The position numbers were made by a program, and so were the translations under genes. From the NCBI GenBank assembly GCA_965235115.1, contig OZ249439.1, forward strand, positions 2,480,001 to 2,544,000: DNA of 64,000 bases, written 5' to 3'. Positions 13,385 to 26,944 of this stretch are shown in pieces. The stretch's first letter is position 1; the number at the start of each line of letters is the position of its first letter. This DNA comes from Laetmonice hystrix. Lineage: Eukaryota. The notes beneath the pieces were generated by a model. The model saw nothing but the letters and a program-made list of their open reading frames with translations. It searched no databases and was not told the DNA's origin.

Positions 13385-14165
13385 TAAACCTGTCAGATCA
13401 GATCGAAATTCCACGATGTCCTGGGTTGTTATCAGATATTTGATCTGTCATCTCAGCCACACGTCACAAGGAGTTAACAAATGCCATGATTTATTCACCC
13501 ACACGTCACAAGGAGTTAACAAATGCCAGGATTTATTCACGAGTTTTCTCCTCGTGGATGACAAGAAGTTCAAGGATGAAATGTTAAAATCTCCAGCGTC
13601 AGGACAAGTGTACGGACAGCAAGGCCGTGGTTTCGTCAACCGTGGACAGCGTGAAGTCTTATCTCAGTGTGCCGTTTACATGTTGAGAGGGGAAATAATA
13701 CAACCCCACTTGGAAGGGGGTGATGAGGGTTGGGGTATTACGGGATCCTTAGCGGGATGATGAGACAGGGATGTCAGATAAAACACATTCAGGGGATGAG
13801 ATGAGATCGACCAGATAGACTCTGACCCGGCGGGCGGGGGTACATGGGTGGGGTGGGGTGGGGGGGAGGAGATACTTCAGGACGCCTCCTCAGTGTAACC
13901 TGACACCGCTAACTCCGATACGCCAGCAAACAGATGCATGACATCACAGATGGCAAGAGAAGTATGACGAGATAAGAATTCCTGACCCATCACTCTTTCC
14001 TTGTGAACCGCGCCTGGCGTCCAAACGTCTCCGACCAGACGATCTGTCACGTCACGTGGGGAGATCTCGATCAATCTGTGCTGTTGTTCACTGAGATTTA
14101 CTCTCACTGTTAGTGGTCAGGTTCATGAACGTCAGGACGTTTGGTCAGGACGATCCGTAATCCGT

Positions 14166-15093
14166 GATCTGATTGGTTGCAGGAGGTCACATGGTGGGAT
14201 CTCATTGGTTGAGGAGGACATACATGGTGGGATCTCATTGGTTGAGGAGGTCACATGGTGGGATCTGATTGGTTGCAGGAGGTCACATGGTGGGATCTCA
14301 TTGGTTGAGGAGGACACACATGGTGGGATCTCATTGGTTGAGGAGGACACACATGGTGGGATCTCATTGGTTGAGGAGGTCACATGGTGGGATCTCATTG
14401 GTTGAGGAGGACACATGGTGGGATCTCATTGGTTGAGGAGGACATACATGGTGGGATCTGATTGGTTGCAGGAGGTCACATGGTGGGATCTCATTGGTTG
14501 AGGAGGACACACATGGTGGGATCTCATTGGTTGAGGAGGTCACATGGTGGGATCTCATTGGTTGAGGAGGACACATGGTGGGATCTCATTGGTTGAGGAG
14601 GACATACATGGTGGGATCTGATTGGTTGCAGGAGGTCACATGGTGGGATCTCATTGGTTGAGGAGGACACACATGGTGGGATCTCATTGGTTGAGGAGGA
14701 CACACATGGTGGGATCTCATTGGTTGAGGAGGTCACATGGTGGGATCTCATTGGTTGAGGAGGTCACATGGTGGGATCTGATTGGTTGCAGGAGGTCACA
14801 TGGTGGGATCTCATTGGTTGAGGAGGACACACATGGTGGGATCTCATTGGTTGAGGAGGACACACATGGTGGGATCTCATTGGTTGAGGAGGACACACAT
14901 GGTGGGATCTCATTGGTTGAGGAGGTCACATGGTGGGATCTCATTGGTTGAGGAGGACACATGGTGGGATCTCATTGGTTGAGGAGGACATACATGGTGG
15001 GATCTCATTGGTTGCAGGAGGTCACATGGTGGGATCTCATTGGTTGCAGGAGGTCACATGGTGGGATCTCATTGGTTGAGGAGGACATACATG
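14166..15093. repeat. 31-33-bp minisatellite x~29 (ATTGG and CACATG in every unit)
   Basis: cacatggtgggatctcattggttgaggagg(t/ac). Confidence 0.97.
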
Positions 15094-15749
15094 TAGATTA
15101 GGTAGATGTTGGAGACATTGTTTTCACACTGGGTACGTGTCCATACCCAAACTTACCGGAGAATAAATACAGTTGGTTTCTGAATTTATAGGCACTTAAA
15201 TAGCAAATTCTGCTAATGTTCAAGCGTTTAAAACAGCGATCTTTAAATTGAATTGCATGAATGCTCGGTCACCGAGGATTCAGGAATCCTACTGGATTGG
15301 GGGCGGTGTCAAACTGGAGGCCGAGAAAGTAGATTTGCTGGTTGATGATGACCGAGGTGCCCCTAGTTGCTACAAGTAAGTACCCCTGTATCCTCACTGT
15401 GGACCTCAGTCCAGTACCCCAACCAGTACCAGGAGAGGGGGCGCTGTACCCTGACCCCCACCCACTGAGTCGGCTCTTTATGACCAGATTTTATTGTCGT
15501 ACTGCTGAAAGATAAGGCCCCATTTCAGGTCTCTGCTTTCGAGGAAGATTTGTGCATATTTCTTTGATTTTCAGGTGTCCAAATCGAAAACGTCCTTGAA
15601 ACAGAAGTGACCTTCATTTATATTTTATGCAAAGCTACTTTTCAAAGACTTTGTTTTCTTTGACGATGATGTCATGTAAATGGAAAGTGTTTACTGTCAT
15701 ATTGCCTAGTTTTCTGACATGAATGATGTTCAAAGACCTTTCCCAGTTG

Positions 15750-15763
15750 GTCGCCATGGCAAC
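15750..15763. promoter_or_regulatory. RFX X-box-like palindrome GTCGCCATGGCAAC
   Basis: 13/14 match to GTTGCCATGGCAAC; motif only. Confidence 0.3.
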
Positions 15764-16140
15764 ACCCCATCAACACGTGACGTTATCAGTTTATGTGAGC
15801 TCACCATTGCCCAGTTCTATCGATGAATCATCACGTGGCCGGCACAGCCACCCTCACCCACCGGGGGTAAAAAAGATGTCCTATTATCACCCCTATTTCT
15901 GTATTACCCTGCTGACAGCCTGTTGACAGGGTACCAGGTCGAGTATTAGATGTCAAAGTCGGTGACTGAAACCGACTATAAACTGACTGTTAGAAAGCCA
16001 GCCCCTTGAGGGCTATCGGCAGGGAACCGTCCACCTAACATAATCCATGGTACTTCACACACAAAACACCGTCTAGGGACGCTATGGGTTGTTCCTTTTG
16101 TCCCCGATTTGTAAATAGAAAGCAGTTCACATAATCTTGG

Positions 16141-16759
16141 TCAGATTTGAGGAACATATATCTCAGTCTGTGTACTTTATCTCCAGAGTTTTCAGATTTG
16201 AGGGATAGATATCTCAGTCTGTGTACTTTATCTCCAGAGTTTTCAGATTTGAGGGATAGATATCTCAGTCTGTGTACTTTATCTCCAGAGTTTTCAGATT
16301 TGAGGGATAGATATCTAAGTCTGTGTACTTTATCTCCAAGGTTTTCCGATTTGAGGGATAGATATCTAAGTCTGTGTACTTTATCTCCAGAGTTGTCAAA
16401 TTTGAGGGATAGATATCTCAGTCTGTGTACTTTATCTCCAGAGTTGTCAGATTTGAGGAACAGCTATCTCAGTCTGTGTACTTTACCTCCAAGGTTTTCC
16501 GATTTGAGGGATAGATATCTCAGTCTGTGTACTTTATCTCCAAGGCTTTCAGATTTGAGGGATAGATATCTCAGTCTGTGTACTTTATCTCCAGAGTTTT
16601 CAGATTTGAGGGATAGATATCTAAGTCTGTGTACTTTATCTCCAAGGTTTTCAGATTTGAGGGATAGATATCTCAGTCTGTGTACGTTATCTCCAGAGTT
16701 TTCAGATTTGAGAGATGGATATCTCAGTCTGTGTACTTATATCTCCAGAGTTTTCAGAT
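16141..16759. repeat. 51-bp minisatellite x12
   Basis: tcagatttgagggatagatatctcagtctgtgtactttatctccagagttt. Confidence 0.97.
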
Positions 16760-18284
16760 GTGTGAGTTTAGGTAAGTGTGTAGGTTCCGAAGTCATCCGT
16801 TACAATGTGGTAAATGTTTGTAAGATCTAAGTTTATTATAGATGTAGGAAAGTCATTTTCCTCTGGAGTAAAAGTTTGAATCATTGGCCATGGTCATGTT
16901 CTGACCACAGAATTCTAGTGAAACCATCTAAGTGTAAAAACCCAAACTACCTACTTGTGAGTGATATCTTTACAATCAGTGTTTGACCAGACGTACCGAG
17001 GTAGGTCTGACTGTTGATAGACGTTGATTCTGTGGTGTTGAGGAGTTCATTCTGTGGTGTTGAGAAGTTCATTCTGTGGTGTTGAGGAGTTCAAGTCTCG
17101 TTTTGTCAACCCGACCATTGTTTACAGGAAGGATTTCTGTCACTCAGATACCTTTCTCTACCTCCTCCATGGAGAGTTCCACATACCAAACGCCCGGTTC
17201 TCCAGTACTGGTCTCAACAAAGTAAATTGACACAAGTTGTGAAGCGCTTCCTGCTTGGCTTGTTGACACAGTCGGATTTGACCATTTGGAGGCGGTTATT
17301 TAATTAAAAGGGCACTGTGTAGGGTAGACGAAAGTACCCGTGTACCTTGAACTAGTGGAAGGTGTAGGAGTTTATGGTGGTGTGATGTAATACATGTAAT
17401 AACTGTACTTGGGTGGAGACCTGCCCTCTACTGCTGCCCTCTACCGCGGCCAACAGAGGGCGCAGGTCTCCAGCCAATACCATACCACGGTCCCAGCCAG
17501 CCACTGATTACAACATGGCCTCCGCCGTCTGAGGACAATGCTACCATTGTCTGTTGTGCGGATCAGTGGGGGTGACCACTTCAAGTGGTCAGTCAGTATT
17601 GGCTAGTGTGGCTCCCACCAATCCCACCTGCCACGCTGTGGTCAATGTGCCTTACCTGCACGCTGGTCTCCATTCATTCCGAAGACCCTGTTATACTGTG
17701 TTTGGTGATTGAGCACTGAATATATAATGTTATGATCGGTCATACCAGCCAGGTGACAAGGTTGGCCATGGGATTTGTTATTAATCACAGCAGTCCGGCT
17801 GATGTAATAACCACAAACACTCAAATCTCCGGGGTCAGAGACCAACAACTTGTTCAGCATCAATCACCTTGTGAACCGCGGGGTCAATCAGTTTAAACTT
17901 TGACATGTGAAGCCATGATTTTTTCAAGAATCTGGACAATGTGTTGGTCGGTGTGTATTTACTGAACGTCGAAAGCCATGAATTATAAATTTCAGACTCT
18001 ATTCACGACTTGATTAAGGCAGAAGTCATTGAGACCTTTGTAAGATAAGATTTTGTCGTAGTTGTAATTTCCCAGGGAATGACAATAGCCCTTTGTGTAG
18101 TCAGTGACCCGAACATGTTAGGTAGCATGTGATGTAGCATGCCGCCCACGATACCGGCAGTTTGAGACGTGACACTGGTAATGAAAACATCATGAAAACT
18201 TCAGTTATTTGTTGAGAGTTGTAGCGTTATTGTCGGCATTGTAATTAATGTCTTGTGGACTCAATACTCAATGAGTCCACTGAA

Positions 18285-18732
18285 AACTTTCTCCCCCTCC
18301 GAGACCCACAGACCGTGGTGGCTCTAACTTTCTCCCCCTCCGAGACCCACAGACCGTGGTGGCTCTAACTTTCTCCCCCTCCGGGACCCACAAACCCTGG
18401 TGGCTCTAACTTTCTCCCCCTCCGGGACCCACAGACCGTGGTGGCTCTAACTTTCTCCCTCCGGGACCCACAGACCGTGGTGGCTCTAACTTTCTCCCCC
18501 TCCGGGACCCACAGACCGTGGTGGCTCTAACTTTCTCCCCCTCCGAGACCCACAGACCGTGGTGGCTCTAACTTTCTCCCCCTCCGGGACCCACAGACCG
18601 TGGTGGCTCTAACTTTCTCCACCTCCGAGACCCACAGACCGTGGTGGCTCTAACTTTCTCCACCTCCGAGACCCACAGACCGTGGTGGCTCTAACTTTCT
18701 CCCCCTCCGGGACCCACAGACCGTGGTGGCTC
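18285..18732. repeat. 41-bp minisatellite x11
   Basis: aactttctccccctccgggacccacagaccgtggtggctct. Confidence 0.97.
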
Positions 18733-19806
18733 GAACACAAACAGTCCATGTAGTTCTCAGGAAACAATGAGGGCAGAGTGAGGACAGTCCACACACAATC
18801 TCTGAATGTTCCAACACGTGATTCTACACAAGTTAGCGTGTAATGTTAGCCACATCACAGTGCACCATGCAGAGATAGTCCCCCTGGGAACTTTCAAAGG
18901 TAGTTTTCTCAAACTTGGGTTGAGAAGACCTACAAATATTGGCGTTGGAGACATATTACTGGGCGTTTCCGGAGATAAATATGTGTGGATGGAAAGTACG
19001 AGTAAAAACTTGAAGTAGTTGTTGCGTGTGTGTGTATAATATGTGGTGGGGAGAAGAAAGTTGTTATTCTGTAGGAGCCTGTTCCGCTCCAGATCTGTTG
19101 GTAATCACAGGTAGATGTCAGGGGGGTGGTAGACCAGAGGTCAGAATGTTTTGTGGCCCGGCCTCCAGAGGTATATTTTAATGAAGGTCTAATTGAATAG
19201 AGTGAAGGAGAAATGACTAATTGCTCAAGTTGACAGTCGATCAGATAGCTACCGTACCATCAGGTTTGACTTCCGACCATCGCTCAGAACTGTCTGGTAA
19301 CATTTAACCTTCCAAATGTTTGCCGCATGTGTGAGTCTCTGTCATACTATATGTAATTCACAACCGCTGGGCTCGACGTACGTACGTTAATGATGTAATC
19401 CCCTTGTGTCAGGCTAATATCACGACCAGGTCGACATTCCCGCTATATAACCCGGGTTTTCATGAGTTAAGATTAACAGACAGCAGGCCGTGAAGGACAA
19501 TGTTTGATGGGAAGATTCTGGTGTCTGTGACGGTAAGTGAGAATATAGAGGCAGGTGTGTGTTCGATCTGTCAGTGATACGGAGAGAAGGTCGGTAGAGA
19601 AACCAAGGGACCGATTACATCCATACATTACCATGGAATGTCAGACATGAATACCATGTTGTTACCTGAACACGTGTCTTGATGAGTAAATGGTTGAAGA
19701 ATTCGTTGTGCCCAAGTTGTTACCGTAGGTAGCAGCAGGTTAATTGTCTGATTTATGTGATCACTGGGTAACTATTAGATGAGCCAGCGTCGGTTACACG
19801 TCATGT

Positions 19807-19820
19807 CCAGCAGAGGGCGC
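19807..19820 (+). promoter_or_regulatory. consensus CTCF core motif CCAGCAGAGGGCGC
   Basis: 14/14 match to CCRSYAGRKGGCRS; motif only. Confidence 0.4.
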
Positions 19821-20220
19821 GACGATCGGGACGCTGTAAGCCTCCAGTTCATAAAGTATTCAATGATTGTGTCATCAACAGTCGTAACATCTAGCCATAT
19901 ACTCGCAGTAATTGATTACGCCTAGCGAAGTAATTGATTGCGGAAGTAATTTCTTCATTAACAGCTTTAAATCTAAAACTTTAGTGGTAAAACTAGGGAC
20001 AGCGAGTGGCGGCAGTAGACAGAATTCACATCTAACCATTGCAGCCGATAAATGGCACTTCAAGTTCTTTAAAAAAAAGATATATAGCGACTAAAGGGAC
20101 ATCAGGTAGCGATTGTTTTTTCCATGGTTTTTGTATTTTTTGCTGTAAAACCTTTCCGACCCGCTGCTAGACACACCTCTGATGCTGATCATTTTCTGAC
20201 CACCAGCAGGATACCTATAC

Positions 20221-20368
20221 TGTCCCCAGCGGGACGATTCTTTTGTCCCCAGCGGGACACCTCTGCTGTCCCCAGCAGGACACTTCTGATGTCCCCAGCG
20301 GGACACTTCTGATGTCCCCAGCGGGACACTTCTGTTTCCCCCAGCGGGACACTTCTGGCTGGGGACAG
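20221..20368. repeat. about 23-bp hairpin-unit array x6 plus one inverted terminal copy
   Basis: TGTCCC-CAGC-GGGACA units; GCTGGGGACA at 20358-20367. Confidence 0.85.
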
Positions 20369-21485
20369 CTCTGCTACTGATCGCTCCTCCAACTGGTCGT
20401 TTCTAGAGCACCCGCCAGGGGGTATAATCAGAGCGAGGCTGCCGCCTCATTATGACCTACAGTACATTGTCATGTTGTAGATACACCCATTCTGATCAGA
20501 ACTTCGTGTGTCCGGGTCAAATTACTTTACACTAGGAGGGTGACATCCAGATGAAGCGTTGATAAGAGACTCAGAGATGGGATTTAGATCAGGGGGTGCA
20601 ATACAACGTAAAACTCTTTAGGAGCTTCATTCTCATCAACATTGTGTACTCATGTCAACGAAAGTCTGTAAAATTACTCAACCCGTTATAAAAACGGTGA
20701 CAGTCGGAATAAACGGTGTCCAAGCCCTGTTGGGATCACATTTAAGGACAAGTTGAATCGGGGCTCACGGGGTAAAAACTGACCGTTTCCAGGCCCGCTG
20801 TAATTCACGTGGCCGTACAGCACTTATGATGACAAAAACATTAAGGGCAGAAATGTTTGGAATGACATGGCTGAGTGAGTTTGATTGACAGGCCTGAGTG
20901 GGTTAGTCTGTGTTGGTCTGAGAGGGGCGGGGAGTGAGAGGGGTGACGAGCAGGCAGACAAAAACCTTACTGTCAACTTTGGGTCACAAGTCGACCTACC
21001 AAACCCACTTTGGCTTGACAAACTTTAACACAGCAACAGGTCTGACCGTAGGCAGGAGGTGATACTGTAGGTATAGAGACTACAGGAGCTGAGCCCTCCC
21101 TCCCCCCACAAAGGTAAAAGATAAAGACACACAAAAAAAACACAAAAGGCCAGGCTATTGGTGTTATCAAATTGGATCAAGTGTACGAAACGTGAATGGT
21201 TATTGCTTATATTGTCGGTATATTGAAGAGAAGAGTTCCTCTTTGAACACCAGTATCAGTAACAAACCTCTTTTTATCGAAGGCAACTTTATTTCTAACA
21301 CTACAATGTCGTTAGGGATCTTTGGCTTTCACAGCAGTGTCCCATGTTTCGACAGTGTCCCATGTGTATTTTACAGTGGTCACAAACTTGTGTACTCGTA
21401 TCTTTACAGTGGGATCGTGATTATATTAATTGCCAGCTCTGTTTACGTCCTTTTGGGAGGATAGATACCCACACCAGTTTATCCA

Positions 21486-21831
21486 GGCCAGTCAGCCAAA
21501 GGCCAGTCAGCCAAAGGCCAGTCAGTCAAAGGCCAGTTAGCCAAAGGCCAGTCAGCCAAAGGCCCGTTAGCCAAAGGCTAGTCAGCCAAAGGCCAGTCAG
21601 CCAAAGGCCAGTCAGCCAAAGGCCCGTTAGCCAAAGGCTAGTCAGCCAAAGGCCAGTCAGCCAAAGGCCAGTCAGCCAAAGGCCAGTCAGCCAAAGGCCA
21701 GTTAGCCAAAGGCCAGTCAGTCAAAGGCCAGTCGGCCAAAGGCCAGTCAGTCAAAGGCCAGTCAGCCAAAGGCCAGTCAGTCAAAGACCAGTCAGCCAAA
21801 GGCCAGTCAGCCAAAGGCCAGTCAGTCAAAG
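21486..21831. repeat. 15-bp minisatellite x23
   Basis: ggccagtcagccaaa. Confidence 0.97.
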
Positions 21832-22384
21832 CCACAGACATCGTACTAATCTAAAACTAAGCTCACGTTTTGGTAGGAGCCAATAAAACTGTTCAGTGGG
21901 TGATTATCGGTCCCAGTGAATGTAGCCAGGAGGATACAGATAAACACCTCACTGGAAACCTCACGTGTCGCACGTTTTCGGGTCAGGTGCTGTTTTTGGG
22001 TCAGCTTCCTATATAAATGTAAACCGCAAACGTTTTACATGTAAATTAACCCGAGACGGGTCAGTGGGGACATTGAACTCCACCTTTGTGTGAAGGTGTT
22101 TAAAATCACACTTTTGTTCACTTAAATATTTAGTTCCAGTGGCGTATGAAGCGAAACCTTGGCAGTAAAACCCAAACCAAGCGTTAGAACAGACTGATCG
22201 TGAGGGATATTTTGTGGATCACTGTGTTGTTAAGCGAGTAGAACGTAATTGAGCAAGATGAGAATGAAGTCATTGGGGCGGAGAGTGAGAATCGTTCTGG
22301 AACAAGAGGACATGACACGACATGGCTGGGAATGGGTTTAGGGGTATATCGGGTCCACAGAGGTGGCCCGAGCCGAGGCCAGCT

Positions 22385-22535
22385 CCGCCAGCCGTCCGGA
22401 CGGGCCGGTGGACCGGACGGGCCGGTGGGCCGGACGGGGACCGGCGGGGCAGACACGGCGGCCGGCGGGGCAGACACGGCGGCCGGTGGGGCAGGCACGG
22501 CGGCCGGTGGGGCATTTAAGGCGGCCGGCGGGGCC
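22385..22535. repeat. GC-rich low-complexity patch with 21-bp repeats
   Basis: ggcggccggcggggcagacac x3-4; palindrome CCGTCCGGACGG at 22392-22403. Confidence 0.75.
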
Positions 22536-23289
22536 CCCTGCCTGCCGTTTCGGTCAGCTCCCCTGGGATCCCGACGTGTCAGCACTACACTCCAGCTGTG
22601 TATCACCAAACCGAACCTCACAAAGTTACTTTCTCCTCAGGTTTCCACTGATGCCGCTAATTGGAATCAATCCAGACAGCCTGCCCCGTCACCAGGGACA
22701 CAAAACCTGGGCGGAGTTGGCCGGTTGATCTGGAGAACCGAATACCAGCGGTGGAGGCGGTGGGTCGGGTTCCAGCTCCGATAGACGGAGTTGATGAGGT
22801 GGTGTAGTGGTGTGATGAATGTGACTAGGTCCTGCTATGGTTCACATCCCATAGACTCTCTGTCGGTCTGGTGGGCCGGGGGGGGGGCACCTGAACCCTA
22901 CCGATAACCGGTCAAATGTTGACTGGAGGGTTTCTTATCAAAATAACCTTTTCCTTGGCAGGCAGGAAGGCAAGGGTTCGGTTGAAGCCGAACATACAAT
23001 TTGTCTTCACTCAGCAGTCGTCGGGTTGAGTTTATTGTTGTTGACTCAGCCCAGTAACATTTGAAACAAGTCGGCCACCGACATGAACCAAATGTGGAAC
23101 TTCACAAACCATTATCACAAATCGGTTCAAACTCACCCTGGATGTTCTTGGCATTCTCTGACGTTTGGCAAAATAAACTCCTTAAATACTGCACACATTT
23201 ATCCTCCCCAATATTTATATTTAGCCCTCCAAGTGCCTGTTGAAATCAGTGTCCAGGTTGTTTTAATGGAAACCCAGTCCAAGTTTTGA

Positions 23290-23876
23290 AGCCGATATGT
23301 AGATTGTATGAGAGGTTGGTGTAGCTTTGTTTTTAAGTACTTAGGTAAGTTAGCTAAGTGTTTAAGCCGATGGTACCAAGGGATATGTAGATTGTATGAG
23401 AGGTTGGCGTAGGTATGTTTTTAGGTACTTAGGTAAGTTAGCTAAGTGTTACGCCGAGGGTACCAAGGGATATGTAGATTGTATGAGAGGTTGGCGTAGG
23501 TATGTTTTTAGGTACTTAGGTAAGTTAGCTAAGTGTTACGCCGAGGGTACCAAGGGATATGTAGATTGTATGAGAGGTTGGCGTAGGTATGTTTTTAGGT
23601 ACTTAGGTAAGTTAGCTAAGTGTTTAAGCCGAGGGTACCAAGGGATATGTAGATTGTATGAGAGGTTGGTTTGTTTTTAGGTACTTAGGTAAGTTAGCTA
23701 AGTGTTACGCCGAGGGTACCAAGGGATATGTAGATTGTATGAGAGGTTGGTGTAGGTATGTTTTTAGGTACTTAGGTAAGTTAGCTAAGTGTTTAAGCCG
23801 AGGGTACCAAGGGATATGTAGATTGTATGAGAGGTTAGTGTAGGTATGTTTTTAGGTACTTAGGTAAGTTAGCTAC
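23290..23876. repeat. 87-bp minisatellite x~7 rich in AG|GT splice-donor motifs
   Basis: ...gtaggtatgtttttaggtacttaggtaagttagctaag... Confidence 0.97.
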
Positions 23877-24062
23877 CTATATTAAGGTCTTTATTGGAGT
23901 AATATTCAGATAAAGATCGCACCAGTACAAGTCATCTAGGTTCATAAAGTGCAGAATATCAAAGGTTGCTCAGTTAATTAGGACTTGGCCCTTAGGAAGA
24001 ACACTTGGCATATTTCCCATCTGACATCAACTCAGACTGCCATCTCAGCCATATATATTTAA

Positions 24063-24533
24063 TGTTTGTACCAGGTCCAAGTTCTAGTAATGTTTGTACC
24101 AGGTCTGGGAGTTATACCGACAGGTCCAAGTTCTAGTAATGTTTGTACCAGGTCTGGGAGTTATACCGACAGGTCCAAGTTCTAGTAATGTTTGTACCAG
24201 GTCTGGGAGTTATACCGACATGTCCAAGTTCTAGCAATGTTTGTACCAGGTCTGGGAGATATACCGACAGGCCCAAGTTCTAGTAATGTTTGTACCAGGT
24301 CTGGGAGTTATACCGACAGGCCCAAGTTCTAGTAATGTTTGTACCAGGTCTGGGAGATACCGACAGGCCCAAGTTCTAGTAATGTTTGTACCAGGTCTGG
24401 GAGTTATACCGACAGGTCCAAGTTCTAGTAATGTTTGTACCAGGTCTGGGAGATACCGACAGGCCCAAGTTCTAGTAATGTTTGTACCAGGTCTGGGAGA
24501 TATACCGACAGGTCCAAGTTCTAGTAATGTTTT
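24063..24533. repeat. 49-bp minisatellite x~9 (47-bp variants)
   Basis: tgtttgtaccaggtctgggagttataccgacaggtccaagttctagtaa. Confidence 0.96.
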
Positions 24534-26432
24534 ACGGTCAGAGAGGATCGCTGTCCCGAGTCAAGGAGCGGAGATTTTCGAGTTGTGACCCAGGTATGCC
24601 ATGCCACTCGTCCCCTAAAAAATTCCGGGCCGACAGTTGGCATCATGACCGGCAACATGTTGGCAAGGAAGAGTTAGTTTTCACATTGTGAAGAAAGGAA
24701 AATCATGACGGGCCTCGGCTAACAAGAGCAGCACGTCGTCTGCATTGAGTATTGCTGTCAATGACGGTGTCGGGGTTTGGGTTATGTTGACAGCATCATT
24801 GTGTATAGTCACAATTTACCGGTAAAGAGCGGGGCTACACTGAGTGTCGCCAGCACAAAGCCCAAGCCCTGCTGCTGCATTATATTCCAATGAAATTGAC
24901 TTGCCTGTAGAAAGTAGGAGATGAAAGGGACCGACATGTTAAGGTCTGACCCCAGGCAGGAAGTCTGAGCATCATTAGGAGACCATGAAGGCAGCCACTG
25001 TTGGGGGCACTCAGTATGCCTCCAGTCTCCTGCCAAGGGTCGTCCTCATTGGTACAGACCGCCGTGCCGGCCTGCCCTCCTGGCCCCGTTTAGTCTCTGG
25101 TCTTCAGTCAAAGTTGCTGCATGCCCAGTTTTTGAGTTGTTACTGTTAAAGTTATTTAGCCCTAAGAAATTGAGCATCAAGTTCGGAAGAAGAATTTAGT
25201 GACTTTGAGAAGGTTATTTAATGTTAGTAAAGTTTCCGATGATCGCAGGTCTGGGAGTTTGTATTTATTCCTGGCAGTTCGGACCACGGAGATAAATTGT
25301 ATGGATAGAAGAGATAAGATTTCCAGTGTAGATTACAAGGAATGTGGTTGGTAGAGGAGGCGGTTACCCCCAGGTGGTTTATATTCACATGGAGAGAAGT
25401 GTTCTCGGAGATAAGCAGACAAATTTACATATGGCGGCGGTAATTTTCCTGGTTATATAAGACAGGAGAAAGAACTGAAGATGGTCGAGTCATCAAGGCG
25501 GATGTTAAATAGACAGAGATAAAGCTTCCATACGGTTTGTTTGTGACAGGATGAATGTTATCAGATGGAGGTCTGTGATTGGTCAACTGATGGGTCATTT
25601 ATGACGTAACAATACGTCATAGCGTGCTGGTGATGGTTGGGGAGGCAGGTGAACGTCCTTCATAACGACTCGGTCTGTATCTGTCTGTGTACAGGTAACA
25701 GATTGTAATCAACCACAGTAAGTGTCTCAACTCTGAGGTAAAAACACTCGGATCTCTATCACTAATCGCTCGGCCCGGCTGCGCTAGTTTTATCAGTGTC
25801 TCATTTTTTAGAGGAAGAGAGGGCATTGACCCGTGGGGTGGCGGGCACTGTACCCCTCATTGAAACCAGAGTGACCATTGTCCAGCCAGCTGTCCAGCCA
25901 GGAACCCACCCCTCCGTCAGTATTCTCGTACTCAGGTAGCTGAGTTCTGACACACTTGTTAATTTAACAGTTCATGAGACTCGTCACTGCTGTCAGTAAT
26001 TCAGAATTACGAAAATAAAACATGTTCCCTTTTCTGTCATTTGATCTGCTAAAACTGCTGATATAACTTTAAAAATAAAAGGTATATACTATATACTCAG
26101 TCCTGCTGGGTGCCCACGTGAAGGGGTGTTAGCAGAGGACAGCAGAGTGGATTAACGGGTATTAGTGGTAATCTCCAGGCCAGGTAGGTGACTGTATGTG
26201 TTTCTGACAGGACAGGTGTTGGAGATTAAGGTGAGATTACCTTTATTATGGGATTATCTCTTTCATCCTGACTCACCAATCCTCAGTCAGAGGTTCTCGG
26301 ACCAAAGATCACAACCTGACCTTGATCTGACCTTGGTAGGATCTGAGCATTGACTTGTCACCAGATTATGTTTGAAATAAACGGTGAGAAATTGTGATTT
26401 TGCTGGAGGAATGCGATCCTGGCCCCAGGCCA

Positions 26433-26527
26433 CCATGTCCCATAACAACCATGTCCCATGACAACCATGTCCCATAACAACCATGTCCCATGACAACCAT
26501 GTCCCATGTCAACCATGGCCCATGTCC
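26433..26527. repeat. 16-bp repeat x~5
   Basis: ccatgtcccataacaa. Confidence 0.85.
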
Positions 26528-26944
26528 ACAGCCAGTTGTGTGCCCATGATTTCCAATGGAAGTAGAAGTTCCCCTGCTCACCAGTCTGATGGTAACCTGG
26601 CGAATCAGTGCTGCCGCCACCGGTCAGTGTGAGACTCAGCCCGTTTGGGGCCCAGCATGGCGTGTCGACCGGTCCCCCCTTCATTAGTATGTTTGGTTGC
26701 GGGCCGGGCGAGTGGCGGTGGGTGGGTGGGTGGGATTACAACAGGCTGCCGTAAAACACATGCCACACTCCCGGCCACCAGTCTATCCCCGCCGGCACAA
26801 CCACCACCAAACCCTGCAGGTCGTTAATTAGGATTACACGTTCTGACCAATTGTTTTATTACACTGATTAGTTCATGTGCCCGGGGGAGATTACAATAAA
26901 TCACACTTCTGTCCTCGACCTGAGAATGATAAATACGTCGTCTT

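Noticed and set aside
17176-17226. Minus-strand FTLLRPVLE...W resembling the CR1/L2 LINE motif YxxLVRPxLEY
   Set aside because: Too short and degenerate to support by eye.
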